A DNA stretch of 64,000 bases from an uncultured Planctomycetota bacterium (lineage in GTDB: Bacteria; Planctomycetota; Phycisphaerae; Tepidisphaerales; Tepidisphaeraceae): positions 1-64,000 of the forward strand of contig CAWJEN010000003.1 in the NCBI GenBank assembly GCA_963841915.1, given 5' to 3'. Both the position numbers and the translations under genes were made by a program. This document shows positions 9,469-19,926 of the stretch, in pieces (positions within the stretch are counted from its first letter, which is position 1; each line of letters opens with the position of its first letter). The notes beneath the pieces were generated by a model. It was not told where the DNA came from and made no database searches. It saw nothing but the letters and a program-made list of their open reading frames with translations.

Positions 9469-10130
9469 CGCGACGCTCCGGTGTCATCTTCGCGTCGTTC
9501 TTCGTCGAGCATGCCGAAGAGACGCCGCGCGTTGTCGAGCCGGCGTCTGGCGATCGAGCGGGAGGCGGCGAAGTGGAAACCGTCGGCCAGTCGCGCCTGC
9601 CAATAGCCGTACTCGAGCTGCTTTGCGAAGTTTTTGGCTAGGGCGTCGATCCCGCCACCGCGCCGCCCGGCCTCGGCGGCGTGCTTCAGTACGCCTACCA
9701 CGCCGAAATCATCGAGATTCGTCGCATCAGCTAGCAGCTTGGCCTCTTCCAGCACCGGCGGTTTGTGCGGCGACTCCTGGAGAAGGCGAATCGTGCGGTC
9801 GAGCAACGTCGCATCGATGTGTTCGCCGAGCTCCTCGACCAGTAGCTGTGCCGCCCGCTCGGTCCGCTCGCGCAGGTTGACGATGCCCATAGGCCCGTTC
9901 GTCGGCAGGTCGCTCGTTCGCATCGGCAGCTGCAACGCCCAGCACGCCAGCTCCAGCGCCGGCTCGTCGACCGGGTTGCGCACCGTGCCGCTGGCGGCGA
10001 GCTTGCGCAGTCGTCGCCAGAGTCTTCTTGCGTCATCTGCAAGCCGCGCAGCGACAACCGGCTCGACTGGGCCGACTTCGGTCGACAAAGCCTCTCGTGC
10101 CCGCCTGCGAACGCGTGCATCAAGGGTCAT
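9465..10130 (-). CDS. Degenerate HD-fold protein
   Basis: C-terminal LEEAKLLADATNLDDFGVVG matches the HD-family DADxLDxxG region, but the upstream H and HD residues are not evident; stop overlaps the LysE start. Confidence 0.6.
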   Translation of the reverse strand: MTLDARVRRRAREALSTEVGPVEPVVAARLADDARRLWRRLRKLAASGTVRNPVDEPALELACWALQLPMRTSDLPTNGPMGIVNLRERTERAAQLLVEELGEHIDATLLDRTIRLLQESPHKPPVLEEAKLLADATNLDDFGVVGVLKHAAEAGRRGGGIDALAKNFAKQLEYGYWQARLADGFHFAASRSIARRRLDNARRLFGMLDEERREDDTGASR

Positions 10131-10296
10131 GAAGCGTCCATACGTGACGCGGTGGGCCAGCCGTCGGCCGATGACGGTTGGCGTCTCTCCCATTCCCGCG
10201 CCGGCCGCCACAGCGTAGGGGCACCGACCGGGCCACGGGCTCATGTCGACCCCCAATGTGTGACGATGTTCTGGTAGGACCCTCGCGGCCTTGATT

Positions 10297-11391
10297 ATGC
10301 TCAATCGCTTCAGCAGTCTCATCGCACTGGCCTGTGCAGGCGTCGTCGGCTGCGCAACGCCACCTCGCCTGCCGGGCCAGCCACGCTCGGTCATCGAGTC
10401 GCCGCTCCAGCTCACCCGTGGCGGCACGTTCGACGACGCTACCGACCCCACCATCACACCCGACGGTAACTGGATCGCCTTCCGCGGCACGCCGGCGGCA
10501 AGTGAACTGCCACAGATCTACATCGCGCGGGTCCAGCGTGACCCTGCCGGAGCAGTCACCGGCATCGCAACGCCCGTCCGTGTCACACCGGCCGGTAGCC
10601 GCAATGCTTCGCCGGCCTTCGGCATGAATGGCACAAGCTTGTTCTTTGCTTCCACCGCTGACGCGAGAGTCGATCCGACCACGCTCAGCGACGGCAGACC
10701 CGTGTTCTCGCTTCGGTACGACACGCTTGCAGAGCTTTTCCGTGCAGACGGCTGGCAACGCGGCGTTGCGGCTGGCGATGTGCGCGCGGGTGTTGATCTG
10801 GCTCGCTTCCCCATCAGCGACAACCGCGGTTTCGACGGCGAGCCGGCTATTTCACCCGACGGCCGATTCCTCGCCTTCGCCAGTGACCGGGCCGCGCCTG
10901 CAAGTGCCATCGCGACGCGGCCGATGGTCGACCTGTACGTGGCCCGCGTCGACGGTACGAACGCAAAGCAGCTCACCACCGTCAACGGCTTTGACGGCCG
11001 ACCGGCGTGGTCACCCGACGGCACACAGCTTGCCTTCGAAAGCGAACGACGCGGCCCGGGACAGTTCGACATCTACGTCCTGACGCTTGACATCGCAGGC
11101 GAGGCCGTGCCCGAGCGGGCCGGCCGGGCCCGTCGCATCACCAGCCGACCCGATGCGCGAGGACCGGTTTGGCACCCGTCGGGTGCGTACCTGGTCTATT
11201 CGGCGGCCGATAAAGAGGGTGGCCGTCAGCTTCGTCGCGTCGACGCCGACGGCGGAAACGATCGGGTGGTGCAATCCATGGGCAATGTCGAAGCGCCCGC
11301 CTTTGATGACAGCGGTGAAACCATCGTCTTTGCTGCGACGACACAACGTGCGGCCTCTCGACAAATCTTCGTAGGCCGCGTGGGCGATTGA
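10297..11391 (+). CDS. TolB-like PD40 beta-propeller lipoprotein
   Basis: Lipobox-like VVGC; repeated P.(W/I)SPDG..LAF.S.R blades. Confidence 0.85.
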   Translation: MLNRFSSLIALACAGVVGCATPPRLPGQPRSVIESPLQLTRGGTFDDATDPTITPDGNWIAFRGTPAASELPQIYIARVQRDPAGAVTGIATPVRVTPAGSRNASPAFGMNGTSLFFASTADARVDPTTLSDGRPVFSLRYDTLAELFRADGWQRGVAAGDVRAGVDLARFPISDNRGFDGEPAISPDGRFLAFASDRAAPASAIATRPMVDLYVARVDGTNAKQLTTVNGFDGRPAWSPDGTQLAFESERRGPGQFDIYVLTLDIAGEAVPERAGRARRITSRPDARGPVWHPSGAYLVYSAADKEGGRQLRRVDADGGNDRVVQSMGNVEAPAFDDSGETIVFAATTQRAASRQIFVGRVGD

Positions 11392-11413
11392 ATCAGAGAC
11401 TGATGGCATCTCC

Positions 11414-13663
11414 ATGACTCACCCGCGTGTCGATCTTGTCCTGCGTCAGCTCGATTCGCTGCCCGCCTTGCCGGCGGTGGCGGCACAGCTTTTGCGCGTT
11501 ACGTCGGCAGACGGTCGGGAAGCGCCCTCGGCCAAGAGCATTGCCGAACTAGTTGCCGGTGATCCTGGTATTGCAGCCCGCGTGCTTCGTTTTGCCAGGC
11601 GGGCCGACGGTGGTGGGCGAGATGTGCAAACGCTCGAGAAGGCGGTCGTTCATCTCGGTACGACCGGCGTCCGCGACGTCGTGCTTGCGGCAGGCGTGGC
11701 CAAGGCCTTTGGCGAAGCCGGTGCCGGTGACCACGGAGCATTCTCCGGCGGTGGTTTCTGGCGGCACAGTTTGGCTGTCGCTTGTGCGTGCGAAGCACTG
11801 GCGGGCAAAGTCCGGGCGACGAAGCTCGACCGCGGCGAAGCCTTCTGCTGCGGCCTGTTGCACGACCTGGGCAAGCTCGCGTTGCATGCGGCACTGCCCA
11901 AGGCCTACGGCCGCGTCGTCCGGGCGGCGCAGGAACTGCGTTGCGACATCACGCGCGTCGAACGCGAGGTCATCGGTCTCGACCACCAGTCCGCCGGTAG
12001 CCGACTGTGCAAACGCTGGGATTTGCCCGAGGCGGTTGACCGCGTCGTGCTGAGCCACAACGGCCGACCCGAATACGGCGACGGTGATGAGATGGCGCTC
12101 GTGCACCTCGTCACGCTCGGCGACCAGATCGCCCGGCAATTGCACCTCGGTTTCAGCGGAAACCACACATTCGGCGTGCCCCGGGACGTGCTGCTCGAAA
12201 CGCTGGGCCTGACGGCAGCTGACGTGTCGGGTGTGCTGCGGACGCTCGTGCCGGCGGTCCACGGCAGGGCCAGCGATCTGGGACTCGATGATGCGGATGA
12301 AGGGGCGATCTATCGCGACAGCGTCGGCCACGCGGAGGGGTTGCTACGCCGGGCCGAGCAGGACGTCGCAGAGTTCCGCAAGGCCGCAGCTGAGGAGCGA
12401 CGCAAGCGAGCCGAGGGCGATGCGGCCATCGAGCAGGAGCGTCGCCAGCTCGCCGAGCGGGCTGCTGCGTTTTCGACGCTGACGACTTTGTCCGACGAGC
12501 TGGCCGCAGAGGCAACGCCGCGTGACGTGCTGACGGGCATCGCCAAGACGGCGGCGTCGGCGCTTGCTCTTGACGGTGAGGCGGCGGCGGTGCTGGCGGC
12601 CGGCTATTTCCGCGATGACCAGAAAATGGCCGAGTACGCGCTGCTCGAGGCCGACGCGACCGTGCGTGGCGACCTGGCCGAGGGACTGCCGACGGCCGAG
12701 GCAAGGCCGGTGTGGGCCAGCGACGTGCTGGGCGAAACCGGCGGCTTTTTACGAATTGGTGGAGAACACGAGGGGCTTGGGTTTGTCGCGTGGTCTGGTG
12801 ATGCGACGCCCGGTGTAGACCTTCAAGCACTCGCCTCCGGCTGGGCGATGGCGTTGCGTCTGGTGGCGGCACGAGAGCGTCGTCGGGTGGCGGAAGAGCG
12901 CTACGTCGACGAGGCACGACGGCTGCGCGAGGCACGGGAGCAGATGGCGCACGACCGTGCGCTGATTGCCGTGGCCGAATTGGCGGCCGGGGCGGCCCAC
13001 GAGATGAACAACCCGCTCATGGTGATCAGCGGCCGTTGTCAGCAGATCTACAACGCCGTCGTCGATCAGCGGTTGCGGCAGTCAGCCCTGACCGCGTTTC
13101 ATAATGCCGAGCGATTGGGCGGCATGATTCGGCAGTTGCTCGAGTACGCCAAGCCGCCGCAGGGCGAGGTGCGGCCGATCACGGTGCGTGAAGTGGTCGA
13201 TGATGCCGTGAAACTGGTTGCCGCAACGATGGGCGAAGAAGCGTCTGTCGCGGTAACGCAGATGAACGTGCGTGTGCCGCGGAACCTTCCGCTGGTGGCC
13301 GCCGATCGCGGGCGTTGGGCGCGGGCTGTTGCGGCGACGCTTGAAAATGCAATCGAGGCGCTACCGGCCGGTGGCGGCTCGATCGAGGTGACGGCGTCGC
13401 CCGGATTAGGCAAAGACGCGATTGTGCTGACGGTCACAGACAACGGCCGCGGGATGAACGACGCGACGCTGGCGCGGGCATTCGATCCGTTCTATAGCAA
13501 CAGGCCCGCCGGTCGCGGTCGCGGCATGGGGCTCGCCGCCGCACGCCGATTGGCCGAGACCGGTGACGGCAGCCTGACGCTCGACAGTCGCGAGGGCGAA
13601 GGGACGCGTGCCATCTTTACCATGCCGGTGGCCCAAGCCGTCGCCGCCCGACAAGCCGCTTAG
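11414..13663 (+). CDS. HDOD-domain sensor histidine kinase
   Basis: N-terminal HDOD (LPALP, DP..AARVLR, FWRHS, LLHDLGKL); C-terminal H-box AHEMNNPL, ENAIEA, DNGRGM, FDPFYS, GMGLA. Confidence 0.9.
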   Translation: MTHPRVDLVLRQLDSLPALPAVAAQLLRVTSADGREAPSAKSIAELVAGDPGIAARVLRFARRADGGGRDVQTLEKAVVHLGTTGVRDVVLAAGVAKAFGEAGAGDHGAFSGGGFWRHSLAVACACEALAGKVRATKLDRGEAFCCGLLHDLGKLALHAALPKAYGRVVRAAQELRCDITRVEREVIGLDHQSAGSRLCKRWDLPEAVDRVVLSHNGRPEYGDGDEMALVHLVTLGDQIARQLHLGFSGNHTFGVPRDVLLETLGLTAADVSGVLRTLVPAVHGRASDLGLDDADEGAIYRDSVGHAEGLLRRAEQDVAEFRKAAAEERRKRAEGDAAIEQERRQLAERAAAFSTLTTLSDELAAEATPRDVLTGIAKTAASALALDGEAAAVLAAGYFRDDQKMAEYALLEADATVRGDLAEGLPTAEARPVWASDVLGETGGFLRIGGEHEGLGFVAWSGDATPGVDLQALASGWAMALRLVAARERRRVAEERYVDEARRLREAREQMAHDRALIAVAELAAGAAHEMNNPLMVISGRCQQIYNAVVDQRLRQSALTAFHNAERLGGMIRQLLEYAKPPQGEVRPITVREVVDDAVKLVAATMGEEASVAVTQMNVRVPRNLPLVAADRGRWARAVAATLENAIEALPAGGGSIEVTASPGLGKDAIVLTVTDNGRGMNDATLARAFDPFYSNRPAGRGRGMGLAAARRLAETGDGSLTLDSREGEGTRAIFTMPVAQAVAARQAA

Positions 13664-14694
13664 ATGGTGTCGAAGCAGTAGCTGGTCGTCTGCCGATAGG
13701 TCTCACCCGGCCGCAGGACGAGATTGCCGAGCTGTGGATTGTCGTGGTTCAGCGCGTCGGGGAACGCCTGTGCTTCGAGGCAGAGCGCGCTGAACTGGCC
13801 ATAACTTGCGCCGCCCTTACCGGAGCTCTGCTCATTGGTCATGAGTCCGGTGTAGAACTGCAGGCAGGTCTCAGTCGTTGCCACGCTCAAGCGTCGGCCG
13901 GCCGCTTCGCACGTGACTTCGGCGACATCTCGCAGCTCACCGGGCGTGCCGTTGACGAAGTACATCGAGCCATGTCGGCCGGCGAGCTGATCGATGCGAT
14001 CGGCGAACAGCGTGGGACGACGCAGATCGTCGGGCGTGCCGTCGACCGGCAGGCGCTGGCCGGTAAAGGAATAGTCGGTACGACTGGCTGCAAAAGTGTC
14101 GGCATGGACCACGAGCCTGTGATCCCGCACGTCACCAGTGTCGTGACCGCGAAGGTTGATGTACGCGTGGTTCGTCGGAGCGATCGGCGTCGGGGCGTCG
14201 GTCGTTGCCTCGTAGTCGAGCGAGACCGTGCCGTTGGCGAGCGTGTAGGTGACGCTGACATTGACGCGTCCGGGAAAGCCGCCGTCGCCGTCGGGGCTGA
14301 CGAGCGAGAAGCGGGCTGACGTGTCGCCGGCGTCGTCGAGCGTCCAAAGCTGCTTGTCCCAGCCGGAGAATCCGCCGTGCAGGCCGTGCTTCGGCTCGTC
14401 CTTCGGCTCGTTCTTGTCGATCGTGAAGGTCTTGCCGTCGAGGTCGAAGCTGGCGCCGGTGATGCGACCCGCGACGCGGCCGACTGTCGAGCCGAAGTAT
14501 GGGTGCGGCTTTGCGTAATGGTCAGCGGCGTCGAAACCGAGCAGCACGTCGGCCACGCCGTCACGACCCGGCACGTGCTGCGACCGCCACGTCGCGCCGA
14601 TCGTGAGAATCTCGGTTGAAACGTCGCCGTCGCGAAGCGTCACAGCTTGAACATCGCGGCCGTCAGAAAGCTGGCCAAAGGTAGAAACAGGCAT
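13660..14694 (-). CDS. galM: Aldose 1-epimerase (galactose mutarotase)
   Basis: DVLLGFD, YFGSTVGRVAGRI, LHGG, GFPG, TNHAY.NL, LQFYTG, CLEAQ.FPD. Confidence 0.92.
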   Translation of the reverse strand: MPVSTFGQLSDGRDVQAVTLRDGDVSTEILTIGATWRSQHVPGRDGVADVLLGFDAADHYAKPHPYFGSTVGRVAGRITGASFDLDGKTFTIDKNEPKDEPKHGLHGGFSGWDKQLWTLDDAGDTSARFSLVSPDGDGGFPGRVNVSVTYTLANGTVSLDYEATTDAPTPIAPTNHAYINLRGHDTGDVRDHRLVVHADTFAASRTDYSFTGQRLPVDGTPDDLRRPTLFADRIDQLAGRHGSMYFVNGTPGELRDVAEVTCEAAGRRLSVATTETCLQFYTGLMTNEQSSGKGGASYGQFSALCLEAQAFPDALNHDNPQLGNLVLRPGETYRQTTSYCFDTI

Positions 14695-14738
14695 GGCGGC
14701 AGGATGACGATTCCCAGCAGAAACGCAACGTGACGAAG

Positions 14739-16220
14739 TCACTGCGGCACGTGACGCCCTGGGCTTGTCGGCTTTGCCGCCTCGCTGAACTCCGGCGGCA
14801 GTAGTTTGCCGGCGTTGAGGTGGTTGTCCGGGTCGAACGCCTGCTTGACGAGTCGGAAGGCGGACAGCGTGTTGGCATCAAACTGGCGCGGCATCATCGA
14901 GAGTTTCTCGACGCCCACGCCGTGTTCGCCGGTGATGGTTCCGCCCGCGTCGATGCAGGCCTGCAGCACTTCTTCCGCCGTCTCGAGCACGTTTGTGACC
15001 TCTGCGGGATTTCGGTCGTCGTAGAGGAAAATCGGGTGCACGTTGCCGTCACCGGCGTGGAAGACGTTGTTGATGGACAACCCGCGGCGGGCACCGATCT
15101 CGCCGATCTCCGCCAGTACGTCGGCCAGCTTCGACCGAGGCACGCAGGCGTCCTGCGTGCAATAACTCGGTGAAATTCGCCCGATCGCGCCGAATGCCCG
15201 CTTGCGGGCGGACCACAGCTCCGTCTTCCGCGCCAAGTCGCTGGCCGTCTCAATCGTCAGCGGCACGTGGCGGTTGAGCACCTCGACCAAGTCGCTCAGC
15301 GAGCCGTCGAGTAACGGCTCGGCGTCGTCGATCTCGATGAGCAGCATGGCCTTTGCGTTGGGGTTGATGCCGAGGTGAAAGACGTCTTCAACGACCTTGA
15401 CCATGCGGCCGTCGAGCATTTCCATCGCGGCCGGCAGGTGACCGGTGGCGATGATGTCGCTCACGGCTCGGCACGCGGTCTGCTGGGCGTCGAAGGTGGC
15501 GACGACGACGCGAAACGCCGTCCGCTTGGGGACAAGGCGGACGTGCAGCGAGGTGATGATGCCGAGCGTCCCCTCGCTGCCGCACACGAGTCCGGCGAGA
15601 TCGAAGCCGCCCGGAGCGACGTATCTGCCGCCGGTGGCACCGAGCTGGTGCAGGTTACCGTCAGCGTCGCAGAGTTCGACGCCCACGACGTGGCTCGACG
15701 TGACGAAGTCTTTCAACACGTGAATGCCCCCGGCATTGGTCGCCGCGTTGCCACCGAGGGTGCTGGCTCGCTGGCTGCTGGGATCTGGCGCGAAGTGAAA
15801 GCGCTCGCCGCCAGGAAGCCGGGCAACGGCCTCAGAGAGCTGCGTGTTGCGTACGCCTGCACCGACGTGAGCGACGCGAGAGGCAAGGTCGATCGTGTGA
15901 ATGCGGTCGAGCTTCGCCGTCGAAACGACGACGCCGGGATGGTCGGCGTCGAGCGAGACCGTGCCGCCGGTGAGACCCGTACCGCTGCCGCGTGGCAGGA
16001 TCGGGATGTCGTGTCGCGACAGCGTCTTGACGGCGGCGGCGAGTTCCTGACTTGTCGTTGGAAAAACCACCGCCCCCGGCCGACCGCGGGCGAGCGTGAA
16101 GCCGTCGGTCTCGTAAACGCTTAGCTCCGCCGGATCATGCAGGACACGATTGCTACCTCCGACGGCGTGGCCGAGGTCGCTCAATGCTTCCGAAGAAAGT
16201 CCATGTACGGCAGCGACCAT
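14739..16220 (-). CDS. glcD: FAD-linked oxidase, glycolate oxidase GlcD-like
   Basis: PRGSGTGLTGG, APDPSS, GGNAATNAGG, GSEGTLGIIT, HAGDGNVHP, GEHGVGVEK. Confidence 0.82.
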   Translation of the reverse strand: MVAAVHGLSSEALSDLGHAVGGSNRVLHDPAELSVYETDGFTLARGRPGAVVFPTTSQELAAAVKTLSRHDIPILPRGSGTGLTGGTVSLDADHPGVVVSTAKLDRIHTIDLASRVAHVGAGVRNTQLSEAVARLPGGERFHFAPDPSSQRASTLGGNAATNAGGIHVLKDFVTSSHVVGVELCDADGNLHQLGATGGRYVAPGGFDLAGLVCGSEGTLGIITSLHVRLVPKRTAFRVVVATFDAQQTACRAVSDIIATGHLPAAMEMLDGRMVKVVEDVFHLGINPNAKAMLLIEIDDAEPLLDGSLSDLVEVLNRHVPLTIETASDLARKTELWSARKRAFGAIGRISPSYCTQDACVPRSKLADVLAEIGEIGARRGLSINNVFHAGDGNVHPIFLYDDRNPAEVTNVLETAEEVLQACIDAGGTITGEHGVGVEKLSMMPRQFDANTLSAFRLVKQAFDPDNHLNAGKLLPPEFSEAAKPTSPGRHVPQ

Positions 16221-16259
16221 GAAGCAGTCTAAGGAGGCCCACCCTCGGTCGACGCGGCG

Positions 16260-17834
16260 TCAGATGTTGCGAATCTTGTTCAACCCGTTGAGCGCCGCCA
16301 CGCGATAGGCCTCGGCGAGTGTCGGATAGTTGAACACGTTCTGGGCGAAGAACTCTGCCTTACCGCCAAGGGCCATGCACGTCTGACCGATGTGGATCAG
16401 CTCCGTCGCACCGCTGCCGATGACGTGCACGCCGAGAATGTCGCGTGTCTCCTGGTGGATGAGCAGCTTGAGCATGCCCGTCTCGTCACCGAGCAGTTGC
16501 CCGCGGGCGATTTCGCTGTAGCTGGCGACGCCTGCCTCGTACGGAATGCCGGCTTCGGTGAGTTCTTTTTCCGTCTTACCGACCATGCTGATTTCGGGAA
16601 TCGCGTAGATGCCGAAAGGGAACAACTCGGGGAAGCTGTTGGTCTCGATGCCGAACATGTGGCACGACGCCAGTCGCCCCTGCTCCATCGCGGTGCTGGC
16701 TAGGGCGGGGAAGCCAATGACGTCGCCGCAGGCGTAGATGTGCGGCACTTCGGTCTGGTAGTGCTCGTTGACCTTTAGCCGTTCGCGGTCGTCTGCTTTG
16801 AGGCCAGCCTCTTCGACCTTGAGCGCGCCGGTCGTGCCTTGACGGCCGACGGCGTAGAGCAGGGTGCTGGCACGAAGCTTTTTGCCGCTCTCGAGCGTGG
16901 CCATGACCAGGTCGTCGTCGCTCGGACCCGCACGCCTGTCGACACCGGTCGGCAGCTCGTCAGCAGTCGCCTCGACCTCTTCGGCCTCCGTCACCGCTTC
17001 GACATCTGGTGAGCCTTCGGCATGTTCGACCACGACATCGCTCGCCCGCCGCCTGGCCCGTTGCGGGTAGTCAGGGTGCGAGTTGTTGATGATCTCGATG
17101 CTCTTGACCTTCTCGCCCAGCCGCAGCGTGATGCCCGCCCGACGCATCTGGTACTGGAACGACTCGCCGATTTCGTCGTCGATGAAGCCCAGCACCTCAC
17201 GGCGCCCCTCGACGAGGGTGACCTTCACGCCCAGCGTCGCCATCATGCAGGCGTACTCGGTGCCAATGACACCACCGCCGACGACGATCATGCTCTTGGG
17301 CAGTTGCTTGAGCTTGAGGATGCCGTCGCTGGTAAAGACGCGTGTGCTGGAGAACGGAATATCGTCCGGCCGCGCCGGTTTGGTGCCGATGGCCAGGACG
17401 AAGTTGTCGGCCTGCACGCGCTCGCTGCGGGCCGTGTCAGAATCCTCGTCCTGTGTGGTGACGGTGATTTGATTCGGCGCGTTGAACTCGGCATGGCCGA
17501 CGATGACCTCGACGCCGTTGCGCACGAGCTGGCTCATGACAAGTTCGCGCTCGTGGCTGATGACGGTGCGACTGACGCCGATCAGGTCACCGATGGTGAT
17601 GCGGCCTTTGACGCGATAGGCCTCGCCGAAGAGACCGCGCTTGCTCGATCCGGTGAGGTGGACGATGGCCTCGCGAAGCGCTTTGGACGGGATCGTGCCC
17701 GTGTTGAGCGCGACACCGCCGAGCCAGTTGTTTTTCTCAATAATGGCTGCGCGTTTACCGAGCTTGGCCGCTTGAATAGCAGCCTTCTGCCCGGCGGGTC
17801 CGCTACCGATGACAACGAGGTCGTACTGCCGCAT
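16260..17834 (-). CDS. sthA: Soluble NAD(P)+ transhydrogenase
   Basis: YDLVVIGSGPAG, GTIPSKALRE, GGGVIGTEYA, GDVIGFPALAST, FNYPTLAEAY. Confidence 0.9.
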   Translation of the reverse strand: MRQYDLVVIGSGPAGQKAAIQAAKLGKRAAIIEKNNWLGGVALNTGTIPSKALREAIVHLTGSSKRGLFGEAYRVKGRITIGDLIGVSRTVISHERELVMSQLVRNGVEVIVGHAEFNAPNQITVTTQDEDSDTARSERVQADNFVLAIGTKPARPDDIPFSSTRVFTSDGILKLKQLPKSMIVVGGGVIGTEYACMMATLGVKVTLVEGRREVLGFIDDEIGESFQYQMRRAGITLRLGEKVKSIEIINNSHPDYPQRARRRASDVVVEHAEGSPDVEAVTEAEEVEATADELPTGVDRRAGPSDDDLVMATLESGKKLRASTLLYAVGRQGTTGALKVEEAGLKADDRERLKVNEHYQTEVPHIYACGDVIGFPALASTAMEQGRLASCHMFGIETNSFPELFPFGIYAIPEISMVGKTEKELTEAGIPYEAGVASYSEIARGQLLGDETGMLKLLIHQETRDILGVHVIGSGATELIHIGQTCMALGGKAEFFAQNVFNYPTLAEAYRVAALNGLNKIRNI

Positions 17835-17842
17835 ACGACAGG

Positions 17843-18652
17843 CTATCGGTCGCCGGCGACGAAGAGCACAGCGTCCGGGAATCTTGCCTGCCACGCCGCC
17901 TCGTTGTGGTCGGCGTTCTTGTCGTCGACCCGGACATGAACGTCGACAGCCTGTCGCTCGAGTGCTGCGGCCAAATCTTGCGTCCGCCGGACGGCGGCAG
18001 CGCGACCCGGACCGACCCCGCCTTCCCGCGTTCCGATGTCGAGCCACACACGCTTTGCCGCCAGGGCCGAGGCGTCCTGTTCCAGCGAGCGCTGTAGATG
18101 GCCGTTGTCCCACCAGAGCGACGGCGACATCGCGATGACGCCGGCGAAGCGGTCGGGGTGATGCATGGCAAGTTCGAGCGACATGATGCCGCCCAAAGAT
18201 GAGCCGCCGACGTAGGTCGTCGCGGGATCATGTGTGATGGCGTAGGTGTTCTCTACGAACGGCATGACCTCGTCCATGAGGAAGGACTCGTACTGCTCGC
18301 CCCTGCCGCCTCCATGCCGGGCGTCGCGGGTCATGGTGAGTTCCGCAATGCGATTGTTTCCGCCGTGGTCGATGCCGACGACGAGCAACGCCGGCACGGT
18401 GCCGTCTGCCACGAGCGCCGTCATAGCTTCATCAACTTCCCAAGCGACGCCGAACGACGCCGCCTTGGGGTCGAAGAGGTTTTGAGCGTCGTGCATGTAA
18501 AGCACGCCGGCGATGTCACCTGCCGGTTTCCAGATACGGATCGTCCGCTCGCCACCTAGGGCGGCAGATTCGACACGATGTTGTTCAAGCTCACCAGCCG
18601 AGGCCTTGGTCCAGGAGGCGAGCAGCACAAACAAGACGAGCCAGATTCGCAT
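17843..18652 (-). CDS. Secreted alpha/beta hydrolase (esterase family)
   Basis: Signal peptide; VLYMHDAQNLF, GSSLGG nucleophile elbow, HNEAAW. Confidence 0.88.
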   Translation of the reverse strand: MRIWLVLFVLLASWTKASAGELEQHRVESAALGGERTIRIWKPAGDIAGVLYMHDAQNLFDPKAASFGVAWEVDEAMTALVADGTVPALLVVGIDHGGNNRIAELTMTRDARHGGGRGEQYESFLMDEVMPFVENTYAITHDPATTYVGGSSLGGIMSLELAMHHPDRFAGVIAMSPSLWWDNGHLQRSLEQDASALAAKRVWLDIGTREGGVGPGRAAAVRRTQDLAAALERQAVDVHVRVDDKNADHNEAAWQARFPDAVLFVAGDR

Positions 18653-18696
18653 GGTCCTCATCATGGTCCGTGCCCGGCTCGCCGGCAAGGCATCGT

Positions 18697-19872
18697 TTAG
18701 AGGTCGTCGGCCGGATCATCTTCAGCGGAAACGTCTGGATCGTCCGGCCGATTCGCCCACGGCGGTCGGTAGCGGAGCGGCCACAACTCGGCAGGCCAGA
18801 GTCGCACCGGACGAACCGCGTCGTCACCCGGTCTTGCTTCGGCGGGTAGCAGAATCGGCAACAGCCCGTCGCCCGGCAGCCGCTCGCCCGGCAATTCCTG
18901 CCGGACCACCATCGGGCTGAACCAGTAAGTCGCGTCGTTGCCACTGACACTCGGCGGCAGCTTGCTCGTGCCGTCATCGGCCTCGCTCTCGAGCCGCTGA
19001 GCCACCCGAGTCTCGTCCGGATCATCGGCCCCGTGATCCCGCAACCACGCCAGCCGCCGCGACATCCAATTCAACCACGCGACGTCGTCGCGGCGTCGAC
19101 TGTCAAGCGTGAAGACGGCGACGAGGCCGAACCGTGCTCCGTGCGGGTAGTCGGGGTGCGACGCGACAAGCAGCGCTTCGAATGCCTGCACCACGCTGGC
19201 CAGCGTCATCGGTAGACGCTTGAGCTCGTCCGGCCGACGCAAGGCCGCCCGTGGCATCTCAAGGTACGTCGTGTAGCACAGCGCCAACGCCACCAGGCCG
19301 ACGAGGCCGTAGCAGATCCACTGCACGATCGGCCACGGCACCAACCACCAGACGACGCCGGCGAGCAACGCGGCGACGACCAGGATCATCACCATCGCCC
19401 CGACGGCCTCGCCTTCGCCATCCTGTTCCTTACGCACCGGCATCGCCTTGGGAATGGTGCGCGGAACGGCGAACATCTGACGCAACTCGGCAAGGTTCAT
19501 GAACCGGTGCCGTGCCTCGCCGAAAATCGGCTCTGTCGCGCGGAGGGCGTTCGTTAGGCCGTCACGCTCACCGACGGCGAAGACGGCGATCTCGATCGCA
19601 CCCGCGTCCGTTTCTGCATCTTCCTGCAAGCGGCGCCGCAAGTCGTCGGCCACGGCTGCCCGCTGTTCATCGCTCAGAACTTCGTCCGCGTCCGAGCCGC
19701 GAAGCTCAGCACCTACAAGTAGTCTCGCAGGTCCGTCGGGCGGTACGAGTTCTTCGACCCACAGCCGCGCTACGCGACCGGCACCGGCTTGCAGAGATCG
19801 TCGCATCGCATCGGCGAATAGCGGCCAATGCTTCGGCGGTCGCAGGTCAAAGCCGCCGTTGTCTCTCTGCAT
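18697..19872 (-). CDS. Hypothetical membrane protein (two central TM helices)
   Basis: 391-aa ORF with a hydrophobic hairpin; fills the space between identified genes. Confidence 0.65.
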   Translation of the reverse strand: MQRDNGGFDLRPPKHWPLFADAMRRSLQAGAGRVARLWVEELVPPDGPARLLVGAELRGSDADEVLSDEQRAAVADDLRRRLQEDAETDAGAIEIAVFAVGERDGLTNALRATEPIFGEARHRFMNLAELRQMFAVPRTIPKAMPVRKEQDGEGEAVGAMVMILVVAALLAGVVWWLVPWPIVQWICYGLVGLVALALCYTTYLEMPRAALRRPDELKRLPMTLASVVQAFEALLVASHPDYPHGARFGLVAVFTLDSRRRDDVAWLNWMSRRLAWLRDHGADDPDETRVAQRLESEADDGTSKLPPSVSGNDATYWFSPMVVRQELPGERLPGDGLLPILLPAEARPGDDAVRPVRLWPAELWPLRYRPPWANRPDDPDVSAEDDPADDL

Positions 19873-19926
19873 CCCGCGACCTTAGGTAGATGTCGTTCGA
19901 TCCAGGAGCGGACGTACGCTCAAGCC

